A stretch of 64,000 bases of DNA from a virus (taxonomy: Duplodnaviria > Caudoviricetes). The position numbers were made by a program, and so were the translations under genes. The notes beneath the pieces are model-generated. The model saw only the letters and a list, made by a program, of their open reading frames with translations, had not been told where the DNA came from and searched no databases. This document shows, piece by piece, positions 48,940 to 58,913 of this stretch. The DNA is taken from the IMG/VR virus record IMGVR_UViG_3300035208_002115. One strand, 5' to 3'. Every line of letters starts with the position of its first letter. Positions within the stretch are counted from its first letter, which is position 1.

Positions 48940-49383
48940 TTATTTTGTTATTTCAGTTTCTTTAAAATAATCGTCAGGACTATTTTCATTTACTTTCCAT
49001 TCATCGTGAGACATCAATTTAGTAGTGAAAAAATCTAATTCTTCTATTTTAATAATTTTGAACTTCTGTGGATGTAAATAATAAATATTTAATAGTCTGT
49101 CAAATGCGAATTGCAATCTCTTATAAGTTCTTGGGGATATCATACCACTTGGATATGGTAGTACTACTATATTATTAATTTCATCAATATTATCGAAAAA
49201 ATTTGTATGCTGTTCCTGTATATTATATACAACTGGATTATCAAAATAAATATTAATGAGTTCTATTGATTGTTCTTCAGTCCTACTACCATATGTTAAT
49301 TTAGGATGGAAAAAATAAATATGTATTTTTTCGGTAATATCTTCTTTTAAAAAATTTATAAAATTATTAACCTTTTTCATCAT
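48940..49383 (-). CDS. hypothetical protein (N-terminal FINFLKE motif)
   Basis: 147-aa ORF. Confidence 0.65.
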   Translation of the reverse strand: MMKKVNNFINFLKEDITEKIHIYFFHPKLTYGSRTEEQSIELINIYFDNPVVYNIQEQHTNFFDNIDEINNIVVLPYPSGMISPRTYKRLQFAFDRLLNIYYLHPQKFKIIKIEELDFFTTKLMSHDEWKVNENSPDDYFKETEITK

Positions 49384-49391
49384 GTAGTATT

Positions 49392-50243
49392 TTATTTTAA
49401 AATCGTACTGGTAGCAATTAAATCTACATAATCATAAAATTCTTCAACTTGGGATATGTTTCTTATACCACCACTTACAACAATTTTAATATGTTCTGGA
49501 AGAATTTCTCTCATATATTTCACTTTAGTTAAATCAGCACCTTTCATATTACCAGTAGATGTCATTACGCATTCTGCACCACCTACATCACATAATTCAC
49601 AAGCCTTTTTTAACTCATCTGTTGTTAATTCACCAGCCTCAACAATAACTCTTAAAACTACACCGTTTTTAGTACAAATTTCAGCGACATCTTTTATCTT
49701 AATTTCAATCTTATCATACATACTTTGAATAGTTTCCTGTTCATCTTTTATTTCTTCTTTTGTCAATTCGTTTTTCTTGATATTTGAACTTAAAATATTT
49801 TCCAGAACTTTTGCTTCTTTTAAAACTTTATAATCTATCACAAAATTAACTATATCAGCACCTTCGGATATAGTATCCAAAGCCTCTTTTATATTTTTTT
49901 CTGAATTATTTTCACCAGTTGGATAATTAACCACCGTTGATATTTTAACATCATCTTCTTCAAGAAAAGCATAAGCTTCTGGTACATAGTATGGTAGAAT
50001 ACAAATAGAATAATAACCTTTATCTTGGGCTATCTGACATAATTCTTTTATCTTATCCAAATTGATATCTTCTTTAAGATAAGTATATTCTATCATATCA
50101 TTATATTTATTCAATTTTTCTTCTTCTTTTTCGGAAACTTTTTTTGCAGGTGTTTCTACTTCTGGTTCTTCTGATTGAGTTTGACCAGTTACACCGCTTG
50201 TCTGAATGTTTTCTACTAAAAATTGTAAATAATTCTTAATCAT
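49392..50243 (-). CDS. deoxyribose-phosphate aldolase (DeoC)-like protein, catalytic residues substituted
   Basis: LC..A..KGYYSICILP, STVVNYPTG, GAD, VIVE.GEL, TSTG, SGGIR retained; Lys before TSTG is Met. Confidence 0.8.
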   Translation of the reverse strand: MIKNYLQFLVENIQTSGVTGQTQSEEPEVETPAKKVSEKEEEKLNKYNDMIEYTYLKEDINLDKIKELCQIAQDKGYYSICILPYYVPEAYAFLEEDDVKISTVVNYPTGENNSEKNIKEALDTISEGADIVNFVIDYKVLKEAKVLENILSSNIKKNELTKEEIKDEQETIQSMYDKIEIKIKDVAEICTKNGVVLRVIVEAGELTTDELKKACELCDVGGAECVMTSTGNMKGADLTKVKYMREILPEHIKIVVSGGIRNISQVEEFYDYVDLIATSTILK

Positions 50244-50336
50244 AATAAAAAATTATGTTTTTCTCTATATATAAAATATAGACTATGAAAAAAATATTTT
50301 TATATATAACAATAAATTATTAATAGATATATTTTT

Positions 50337-51377
50337 ATGAAATATTTATTCGAATTTAAAGAATATTTAAATAAGAATTTCTGGGTGTGGTTTGAGAATT
50401 CAAAAGTAGTTGATAAAAAAGGTAACCCCCTAATTGTTTATCATGGAAGTTCTGTAAATAAACTTTTTAATAAATTTAATGAAAATAGTCCCATATGGTT
50501 TTCTACATATAAAGGATACGCAGATGCATTCACTGACTATAAAGGTAAACTGTTTAGCGTATATTTAAAATTAGAAAATCCAATATATGTTGGTTTTATA
50601 GATGGTATTGCAAATGACAATAGTATAAAGCACTTATCTGAATTAACAAATATAGATTTCGACACCTTAAAAGAAATATTAAAAAAATCAAATGGTGTTA
50701 ATTTATTTAAAATTACAAACAGTTTAGAATTTAAAGAGCTGGTACAAGAAATGGGTTATGATGGCATTGAAGCAAAAGAAGGTGGTGGTCTAACCTCATT
50801 TGCTGTTTTTTCTTCAAAGCAAATAAAATCTGCAACAAATAACAATGGTAATTTTGATTTAAAAAGTCAGAACATTAATGAAAACACCAATAAAAAATTA
50901 CAAAATATAAATCAGAATATGAAACATTTAAAAATATTTGAAGGATTTAATTATGATAAATCACGGTATGTTGAAATTCTTAACAAAATAAATAGTGCTA
51001 AAGTCGGTGATATTTTACCAGAAGATATAGTGTATCAATATGTTGAATATTTAGTTGTTTCTGGGTCTTTGACACAAGATTATGGAAGCTCTTTTGTAGA
51101 TGGTGATTTAGGTGAAAGAATAGAAAAATATCCAAGTTATAAATTAATGGAATTACCGATTGGTGAGATAGATTTAGATGAATTTGAATTAGATGAAGAA
51201 ATTGCTGATGAATATGCTGAAAAATTTGAAAAGACAAAATACTATCCACCTCTTGTAGTTGGAGCAAAAAACCCAAAATTTGGAACATACAGAATAATAG
51301 ATGGTAACCATAGAGGAAATGGTTTAAAAATAGCTGGTGAAGAATTTGTACTTGCATTTGTTGGAATTAAAAATTAA
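50337..51377 (+). CDS. two-domain protein: ART-like (polyvalent-protein type) domain plus ParB/Srx-like domain
   Basis: SKVVDKKGNPLIVYHGS, WFST, GYDGI, QIKSATNNNGNFD; internal MKHLKIFEGF; IIDGNHR. Confidence 0.65.
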   Translation: MKYLFEFKEYLNKNFWVWFENSKVVDKKGNPLIVYHGSSVNKLFNKFNENSPIWFSTYKGYADAFTDYKGKLFSVYLKLENPIYVGFIDGIANDNSIKHLSELTNIDFDTLKEILKKSNGVNLFKITNSLEFKELVQEMGYDGIEAKEGGGLTSFAVFSSKQIKSATNNNGNFDLKSQNINENTNKKLQNINQNMKHLKIFEGFNYDKSRYVEILNKINSAKVGDILPEDIVYQYVEYLVVSGSLTQDYGSSFVDGDLGERIEKYPSYKLMELPIGEIDLDEFELDEEIADEYAEKFEKTKYYPPLVVGAKNPKFGTYRIIDGNHRGNGLKIAGEEFVLAFVGIKN

Positions 51378-51404
51378 TATATAAATAAAAAACAATTTCT
51401 GATA

Positions 51405-52208
51405 ATGGAATATCTAAAGACATTTGAATCTTTTTTATCTAAAGACATTAGAAAAGAGTTGGATAAATTGATAAAGAAAAGAAAAAATTTATTAAAATCA
51501 GATAAATCTGATAAAAGTATTAATAAATTGAATTCTGAAATTAAAGAATTAAAAGAAGATTTATTTTATCAGAATGATGATAAATACTATAAAAAATTTA
51601 TATCTCTTTCAAAAGAAAAAATTGAAGATTTGAAAAAGGAATACCGAGAATTAAAAAAAGAAGGTATCAAAAAGCTAAATGATGAATTGAAAGAAGAAGG
51701 TCATGAAGGTAGTATAACTGCAATAGACCTATCCGATAGTGAAATATTTTATTATTTAGATAAAGCGGAATCAGAAAAGTTTAATGAATATGCCAGAATA
51801 CTTGATTTTGTAGATGGTTATAAACCTAAAAAATCTAAAAAGGTGAATGAAAATGTTGAAACTTCTGACAAATTAATCAAAACAACATATCAAACAGTAA
51901 CACCAGAAAGTGCAGCTAAAGGTGGTTTTGAAGACCAAGGTTGGGAAGATGAAGAAGGTAAATCTATGTCACCTGATGAATATGATATAGAAGAAGGTGT
52001 AACTGCTATTGATAAAGCAGTTGAATTTTTAAAAGATAATGGTGCTAATGAACCATCATCATCACAGTTTAATACTGGTGTATGGTATTCAACTCCTGAT
52101 GGTGAAAAAAATTATACAACGGGAGAAGAAAAATTTCATAGTTTTCATTTAAAAGGTTTTACACCAGAGGAAGAAGAAGAAATTTACAATAGAATGAAAC
52201 TAAGATAA
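51405..52208 (+). CDS. hypothetical protein (MEYLKTFESF)
   Basis: 267-aa ORF; AATATATA at 51376. Confidence 0.7.
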   Translation: MEYLKTFESFLSKDIRKELDKLIKKRKNLLKSDKSDKSINKLNSEIKELKEDLFYQNDDKYYKKFISLSKEKIEDLKKEYRELKKEGIKKLNDELKEEGHEGSITAIDLSDSEIFYYLDKAESEKFNEYARILDFVDGYKPKKSKKVNENVETSDKLIKTTYQTVTPESAAKGGFEDQGWEDEEGKSMSPDEYDIEEGVTAIDKAVEFLKDNGANEPSSSQFNTGVWYSTPDGEKNYTTGEEKFHSFHLKGFTPEEEEEIYNRMKLR

Positions 52209-52335
52209 AATACCAAAACAAATTTTTTTATAAATATATTTTAAAAATCCATCAAATTTTGGTGGATTTTTTATTTTAATTAAAAACAAAGCATCAATAA
52301 CTAAATATAATATGAAATTAAAATAATAAATCCGT

Positions 52336-53163
52336 ATGACAGAATTTAAAAGTTTCTATAAAAAAGTTGGTGGTAATGAAGGAAGTAAGTGTGTGTATAA
52401 CGAACGTCTTGATACTTATGGTTGTGGGTGTCAGCATGATTGTTCTTATTGTTACGCAAAAAGTTTATTAGAATTTCGCAATTTATGGAATGCTGAAACA
52501 CCTAAAGTTGCAGATATAAATAAAATAAAGAAAATTATACCAAAGTTGACAAAAACTATTCGGTTGGGTGGTATGACTGATTGTTTTCAGCCTTTAGAAC
52601 AAAAAGAAAAGGTAACATACAATACAATAAAATTATTAAATGCTGCTGATAAAAGTTATCTTATTGTAACCAAATCAGACTTAGTGGCGACTGATGAATA
52701 TGTTGAAATTTTAGATAAAAAATTGGCACACATACAAATATCAGTCACTTCTACTGGTGCAGAATTGTCCAGAAAAATGGAAAAGGCTGTGTTACCAGAA
52801 CGAAGATTAAAAGCTGTCGAAAAATTATCCGAGTTGGGATTTGATGTGACTATGAGATTGTCTCCATTTATACCAGAAATACAGGATGTGGATATTCTTA
52901 ATAATGTTAAATGTGATAAAGTCTTAGTTGAATTTTTACGAGTTAATCACTGGATTAAAAAATGGTTTGATATTAATTATGATTTATACACACTCAAAGA
53001 AGGTGGGTATAATCATTTACCACTGAATATAAAATTAGAATATTTGAAAATGTTAACTCATAAAAACATCTCAATATGTGAAGATGTTACTGAACATTAC
53101 GAATATTTTAAGAATAATATTAATCCAAATAAAACCGATTGTTGTAATTTAAATCAATATTAA
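52336..53163 (+). CDS. radical SAM protein (SPL-like family)
   Basis: LDTYGCGCQHDCSYCYA, RLGGMTDCFQP, LIVTKS. Confidence 0.85.
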   Translation: MTEFKSFYKKVGGNEGSKCVYNERLDTYGCGCQHDCSYCYAKSLLEFRNLWNAETPKVADINKIKKIIPKLTKTIRLGGMTDCFQPLEQKEKVTYNTIKLLNAADKSYLIVTKSDLVATDEYVEILDKKLAHIQISVTSTGAELSRKMEKAVLPERRLKAVEKLSELGFDVTMRLSPFIPEIQDVDILNNVKCDKVLVEFLRVNHWIKKWFDINYDLYTLKEGGYNHLPLNIKLEYLKMLTHKNISICEDVTEHYEYFKNNINPNKTDCCNLNQY

Positions 53164-53164
53164 T

Positions 53165-53530
53165 ATGTTTGTAAATTGTTTCGATTGTAACTGGAGTCAA
53201 GATGATTTCTGGGATTATCATATAAAATGGAAAAAGATTTTAAAATGGAGAAGTAGGCCGTTTGGTTATAATCCATTATCTATCTTATTGGAAGATATAG
53301 CCACTTATTGGTTTCCAAGAAAAATAAATATGGATTCATATTGGGCAAGAGAAAAAGGATTTAAAACAAATCGTGTCCATTCTTGGTGGTTTTTTAGAGA
53401 GGGGTTTAGACGATATAAAAAGGTTAAAAAAAGTATGGTATATAAAACATATGATGAATATGAAAAAGCAAGGAAATTGGGTAAAACTAAATGCCCAAAA
53501 TGTGGAAGTTACCATTTAGATGTTGATTAA
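53165..53530 (+). CDS. zinc-ribbon hypothetical protein
   Basis: CFDC ... CPKC. Confidence 0.65.
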   Translation: MFVNCFDCNWSQDDFWDYHIKWKKILKWRSRPFGYNPLSILLEDIATYWFPRKINMDSYWAREKGFKTNRVHSWWFFREGFRRYKKVKKSMVYKTYDEYEKARKLGKTKCPKCGSYHLDVD

Positions 53531-53573
53531 AAAATATTTTTATTTTAATATATAATAGAAAATATTTTTTCTT

Positions 53574-53948
53574 ATGAAACATCTCGAAACTAACATAAAT
53601 GAGTATTTGAATCTTTTTCAAAATAAACCACAAACTATTTCTGAATTATCTAAGGAAATAGAGATAAAGGTTTATAAGAATAATATTTCCAAATTATTTT
53701 CATTTGTTGGGGATGGTATTTGGGATGTTAAATTTATATCCCATAAAGATAAACATGATAAATATAAGAATGAAATAACTGTCAAATTTCACTCAGATTC
53801 TGGTATATCAAGTTCGGTGTGGGATAAAGTAAGAATGATATTAGATAAACTTAAAGGTGAAGGTGGTTTTGAAGATTATAATATTAATCAGGGTATTGAT
53901 AGTATAGTATTAATATTTAATTCTGACTTCCCAATGATAGAACATTAA
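53574..53948 (+). CDS. hypothetical protein (MKHLETNINEY)
   Basis: 124-aa ORF; AATATATA at 53547. Confidence 0.65.
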   Translation: MKHLETNINEYLNLFQNKPQTISELSKEIEIKVYKNNISKLFSFVGDGIWDVKFISHKDKHDKYKNEITVKFHSDSGISSSVWDKVRMILDKLKGEGGFEDYNINQGIDSIVLIFNSDFPMIEH

Positions 53949-53961
53949 ATGTTTTAATTTT

Positions 53962-54324
53962 ATGATTATAAATAATAAATTAACTTACCAAGAAGCAACC
54001 GACTTAATCAATATTTATATTACAAAAACTTTAAATGAAAAGGAACAAATTGATGATAAAGTTTTTAATCAATATATAGCTGACAAGTTCAAAAACATTT
54101 TAAAGTATTTAGAACTCGAATTGAACCATCCAGAAGAATTTGAAAAATACGGCTTTAAAATATTACCAATTATTCATGAATATTTTAATATTACATGGTT
54201 AGAAAAAAATGAATATTACGAAATATATCGTTTATATCATTTGTTGATAAACAATCATGATGATTATTTAAATTGTACATTAAAACTTATAAATATTAAA
54301 CTTAAATATTTAATTCAAAAATAA
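53962..54324 (+). CDS. hypothetical protein
   Basis: 120-aa ORF. Confidence 0.6.
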   Translation: MIINNKLTYQEATDLINIYITKTLNEKEQIDDKVFNQYIADKFKNILKYLELELNHPEEFEKYGFKILPIIHEYFNITWLEKNEYYEIYRLYHLLINNHDDYLNCTLKLINIKLKYLIQK

Positions 54325-54334
54325 AAATATAGTT

Positions 54335-54541
54335 ATGGATATATACGGAGATTATGAACAGACAAAAAAGATTAAATATAAATGTCCAGTTTGTCTAAGT
54401 GAAGATATAAAAGACATTAGCACATATAAAAGTAATGGTATTATAGGTTCGGGTTCTTCATCGTGGAAAACATCTGATTTAAGGGGTTGTAATAATTGTG
54501 GGGTTATATTTATGCCAACCAAAGGAAACACAATCGAATAA
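54335..54541 (+). CDS. small zinc-ribbon protein
   Basis: CPVC...CNNC. Confidence 0.6.
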   Translation: MDIYGDYEQTKKIKYKCPVCLSEDIKDISTYKSNGIIGSGSSSWKTSDLRGCNNCGVIFMPTKGNTIE

Positions 54542-55251
54542 AATAATATATAATATCAAAATAAAAATCATAACATGAATTTTTTAAGTTGGATACCAAA
54601 TGAATATTTCAATCAAAATAACAATTCAAGTCTTGAATATTTTTATTACTATGAATTAATTGAAGAATATACACCTGAACATCCAGATTTTAATACGTGT
54701 CCTCTTAAATTAAGAAAAATATTAAAATGGGCGAAAATTTCAAACGGTGAACACACAGTAATTGTGGCTTGTAATGAACGGACTGATAGTACTATAATAA
54801 TTATGAAAAAAATATTAATATAATAGTTTAGCCTTTTATGGTCTCGGAATTTTTTGTAAAGCCTCTTGCATGATGCAACGTAACAAATGCCAAGGTGAAG
54901 ACGTTCACTATACTATTTTTAACTCATACTATCAAGTATGAGTTTTTTATTTTAAACAAAAAATATATTTTTATCTATAATAAATATTCAAATTAATAAA
55001 TATCTTTGATTAATTTTTTATAAACTAAATCTATGAAATCAATTAAAAATTATTTTCATGAAGTAATATTCAATACATCTTGGGTATTCGTTGGATTAAT
55101 TGTATTCTGGGTTAATATTATTTCATTATTTTCCCACTCATTTTTTAATTATAAATTAAACTTGGGGATTTTATTATTGGTTTTATTATTTCATCTTTAC
55201 AAAAAGATTTAATTATTCTAAAATCATTTATTATAAAATGAAAAATTTTTA

Positions 55252-56124
55252 ATGATAAGTAAGTTTACGCCATATGAATTTGAGTGTGAATTATATAAAC
55301 ATAATAATAAGTTAACTATTATAGGTGACTATAAATCGACTCATAAAAAATTATTTGTAAAAGATGAAGATGATATTATCTATTATATATCTCCTAAAGA
55401 ATTATTAAAGATAAAACACCCAACTATACGAACAGCTATAAATAAAACTAAAGCTTTTAATATTAAATTAAGTAAAATTTTACACGGTTATAAATTAATT
55501 GAATATACAGTTGGGAGTGTTAAATCTTTAGTAGTAGACGAGTTAGGAATAAAATATCTTGTAAAACCAGAAAGTTTATTAACAGGTTCTAAACCAACTT
55601 TAATCACCGCAATAGATAAAAATGACGCATTTAAAAAATTAGCTAAATGTATACACGGTGAAAAATATAATTATGATTTAGTTAATTATATAGGCAATAA
55701 AGTTGATGTTTTTATAATCTGTAAAAAATGTAACACAACATTTAAACAAAGACCTAATAATCATTTATGTGGACAGGGGTGTCCGAATTGCGTAAAATCA
55801 AGAGGTTGGTCTAAGAAAGAATGGTGTAAACACTCAAAAGATAAACAATGTACGTTTTATATAATAAAATGCTACAATAATGAAGAAGAATTTATAAAAT
55901 TTGGAATAACAACAAAAACAATTAAACATCGTTTCTTTTATAAGAAATATATGCCATATAATTATGATATAATATATAATGTTAATGGTTCACCCGAAGA
56001 TGTTTGGGATATGGAAAAGAAATTTGACAAGGAATTTAAGAAGTATAAATATACACCAAAATTTTATTTTAAAGGTTACACTGAATGTTATAATATAAAT
56101 GTTCAAAAATTTTTTGAAACATGA
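55252..56124 (+). CDS. putative homing endonuclease-like protein (zinc ribbon plus GIY-YIG-like C-terminus)
   Basis: HGEKYNY, CKKC..F.Q.PNNHL.GQGCPNC, FYIIK..FIKFGIT...RF...E...GYTECY. Confidence 0.65.
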   Translation: MISKFTPYEFECELYKHNNKLTIIGDYKSTHKKLFVKDEDDIIYYISPKELLKIKHPTIRTAINKTKAFNIKLSKILHGYKLIEYTVGSVKSLVVDELGIKYLVKPESLLTGSKPTLITAIDKNDAFKKLAKCIHGEKYNYDLVNYIGNKVDVFIICKKCNTTFKQRPNNHLCGQGCPNCVKSRGWSKKEWCKHSKDKQCTFYIIKCYNNEEEFIKFGITTKTIKHRFFYKKYMPYNYDIIYNVNGSPEDVWDMEKKFDKEFKKYKYTPKFYFKGYTECYNINVQKFFET

Positions 56125-56375
56125 CACCTACACAATTGAGAGAGATAGGTACTATCGAATTACTGGAAATATTAAAAGTCAAAGGTAGGTGTATACATAG
56201 TGAGATTATTGCTAAGAAAGTTTTAAAAGAACTTAAAAGAAGATTGGGTGGTGAGATAGTATGGCATATTGAACTCGAAATGAATCATGTGTTATTAGGT
56301 GAAAGAGATGCTGAATTCAATGATAGTTGTGATGAATTAATTAATGCAATAAAAAATTTAAAACATGGAAACTAA
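56121..56375 (+). CDS. hypothetical protein
   Basis: 84-aa ORF. Confidence 0.55.
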   Translation: MTPTQLREIGTIELLEILKVKGRCIHSEIIAKKVLKELKRRLGGEIVWHIELEMNHVLLGERDAEFNDSCDELINAIKNLKHGN

Positions 56376-56589
56376 TAATATAGAATTTTATATTATTCTT
56401 CAGGAATTTAACAGTCCATTACTTAGTGATAACAGAAAAGTTATATCATCTGTTAAAAAGGATAAAGTTGTTATCATTAACAATGATGTTTGGATTGAAG
56501 ACAAAAGTCAGGGTGACGATGTATTTGTAAAACCCATATATAGTGTTGCTTTTGTTAGAATCAATAAAAAAATTTTCAAAAAACAGTAA
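56365..56589 (+). CDS. hypothetical protein
   Basis: 74-aa ORF. Confidence 0.55.
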   Translation: METNNIEFYIILQEFNSPLLSDNRKVISSVKKDKVVIINNDVWIEDKSQGDDVFVKPIYSVAFVRINKKIFKKQ

Positions 56590-56613
56590 TGTAATTCAAA
56601 AAAAAATTATTTT

Positions 56614-57474
56614 ATGTTCAGGGAAATAAACAATATTTATCTTTTAAATTTAGAAAAACGAGCTGACCGTTTAAATGATTGTATAATGCAATCATTAAAA
56701 TACGATTTCACACTTGATATAGTAAAGGGTGTGGACGGGGATGAACTGAATTTAAAAGAACTGTTGAAAAATAAAACTATTAATGATGAATTTTTTTCAC
56801 CAGATGGTCACCATCTTTCTATGGGTGTATACGGATGTGCGCTGTCACACTATAATGCATATTTGAAGATGATTCAAGATGATGTTGAAATGGCTTTAAT
56901 ATTCGAAGACGATTTTGTAATAAATACAATATTCAATGCCCAAAGGTATTATGAGAATATAAAGGAAGAAATATTTGCATCAGATTGGGATATATTATTC
57001 TTAGGTAAAAATAAAACCCACGTTGTAGGTGAACATATAACTGAGCATTTAATAAAGACCGATGAAAGTTGGGTTCATAAACCAGTCGATGAACGGGAAA
57101 TGGCAACAGCACCATTTCAACTTTGGGGCGCACATGCTTATATTGTAAGACGAAAAGCTGCTGAATATTTAATGGAAAACACATTACCCATCAGAATGCC
57201 AGCCGATGTGTGGTTACAATATCTTTCATACAAAAGTGACCTTAAAATATATTGCACTGACCATTCTATTGTTATGCAGAATTCTGAACACGAAGTAGAA
57301 AAAAGGGAATTGGAAGGATATGAATTTTCTTATCAGGAAGAAAAATTGATGATTGATTCAGATACCATCTGGAACAGAAATAAACGTGGTGATTTATATT
57401 GGTTACAAATGCCAGACTTTACTGAGTCAATAAGAAAAGATAAAGAATTTTTTGTATTTAAATTAAAGAAATAA
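56614..57474 (+). CDS. glycosyltransferase family 25
   Basis: YLLNLEKRADR, GVDG, GCALSH, LIFEDD, GAHAYIV, PADVW. Confidence 0.88.
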   Translation: MFREINNIYLLNLEKRADRLNDCIMQSLKYDFTLDIVKGVDGDELNLKELLKNKTINDEFFSPDGHHLSMGVYGCALSHYNAYLKMIQDDVEMALIFEDDFVINTIFNAQRYYENIKEEIFASDWDILFLGKNKTHVVGEHITEHLIKTDESWVHKPVDEREMATAPFQLWGAHAYIVRRKAAEYLMENTLPIRMPADVWLQYLSYKSDLKIYCTDHSIVMQNSEHEVEKRELEGYEFSYQEEKLMIDSDTIWNRNKRGDLYWLQMPDFTESIRKDKEFFVFKLKK

Positions 57475-57834
57475 TTATGGATATTGCAGGTAAATATGGT
57501 GAAAATGGTATTATAATTAACAAATTAGTACAACGAATTTTGTCTATTGTAGTAGTGCGTTATTTAATCAGCAAATTCACAATGAAAAATACAGGTAAAT
57601 GCTTATTTGTGGATAAAGTGAACGGTAGAGAAGTTTGGTTATACATCGACTGTTTCAAAAAAGAATATATGGCTCAATCAAAATGGGAAATGCGTTGTGA
57701 ACGTGCTTAATACCCCATAAATACTCATAAAAATGGAGAACTATATATTGTGAATACTTAAATATTGTATATCCAACTAAATAATTTTTTTAGTATTTTT
57801 TTTTCTATTATATTTGTAAAAAAAAATTATCTAT

Positions 57835-58347
57835 ATGTCTGAAAACGTACAAAAAATAAAAGAAGAAAATGCTGAGATAATGGAAATGCCTCTATTTAAA
57901 GATATGTATAGTAGATTGGTAGATGGTTATAAATACAAATCTCGGACAGATGATGAGTTAAAAGAAATAGCAAAATGTTTATATCATGGTAGTATCTTTA
58001 GTGATAGACATTTAGGTACACATAATCAACATATGCTTCCAAGCATCTTTATGCCCTTGGCTTTAGGTGCATTTCCAGATATAACATGGGACATGGAAAG
58101 CCGAGAAGGTAAAATTATTAATTTAATTTTATGTGATTTAGAACCAGAATATAATAAACGCAGGGATAAATATAAAAAGGATATAGGATTTATTTACGAA
58201 TACGTTAAAAACGCTGGCCCGATGGCTATCAACGGGTTTCCCATCTTCACATCCTTTAATATGTTATCAAAAAAAGATACAGATAGAATGTTCTTATATT
58301 ACGATAAATATAAAGAACTTCAAGAAAAAATAAATGACCAACTATGA
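57835..58347 (+). CDS. hypothetical protein
   Basis: 170-aa ORF, IFMPLALG..AGPMAINGFPIF. Confidence 0.7.
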   Translation: MSENVQKIKEENAEIMEMPLFKDMYSRLVDGYKYKSRTDDELKEIAKCLYHGSIFSDRHLGTHNQHMLPSIFMPLALGAFPDITWDMESREGKIINLILCDLEPEYNKRRDKYKKDIGFIYEYVKNAGPMAINGFPIFTSFNMLSKKDTDRMFLYYDKYKELQEKINDQL

Positions 58348-58913
58348 GTAATACCGACAATGAACTCATATTTAAAAGTATTCAAAAAAGTCATTTAAGT
58401 GGTTGGTATTACGAATCACCCTATAAAACATTAGGTTGTATATTACACTGGTTGTGTGTATTTGGTTTAATTGAATTAAAAGAACAGACCATTATTACAA
58501 ATGATGAAATAATTTGTGACGGTGATATCATTCTTAAATATACATGGGACGACCAATTTCTCATGCCTGTTTTTCAAACAATAAATGCAGAATATTTTTT
58601 TATTGAAGAAAAGCAAATGATATTTATAGAACAAGCCAAATTAAAAGCTAATGTCGTATTGGAGCATTTGACGTTACCAGACAGGGGATTTAGGTTTTGG
58701 TCTCAGAATACTGATAATAATACAAAATTATATACAGGTGAAATAGTATATAGTCCAATATTATATACAGATGATAATGATGAAGCTATTCAATTTTCCA
58801 GATATACCAACTCTAAAGAAGTAGCATCATTTAGTGAAATGATGAAGTATTACAAAAATCTATATAAAAATTATTACGATGAAGAAGAAACAACGGATGA
58901 TATACTCGATTAA
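58344..58913 (+). CDS. hypothetical protein
   Basis: 189-aa ORF. Confidence 0.65.
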   Translation: MSNTDNELIFKSIQKSHLSGWYYESPYKTLGCILHWLCVFGLIELKEQTIITNDEIICDGDIILKYTWDDQFLMPVFQTINAEYFFIEEKQMIFIEQAKLKANVVLEHLTLPDRGFRFWSQNTDNNTKLYTGEIVYSPILYTDDNDEAIQFSRYTNSKEVASFSEMMKYYKNLYKNYYDEEETTDDILD

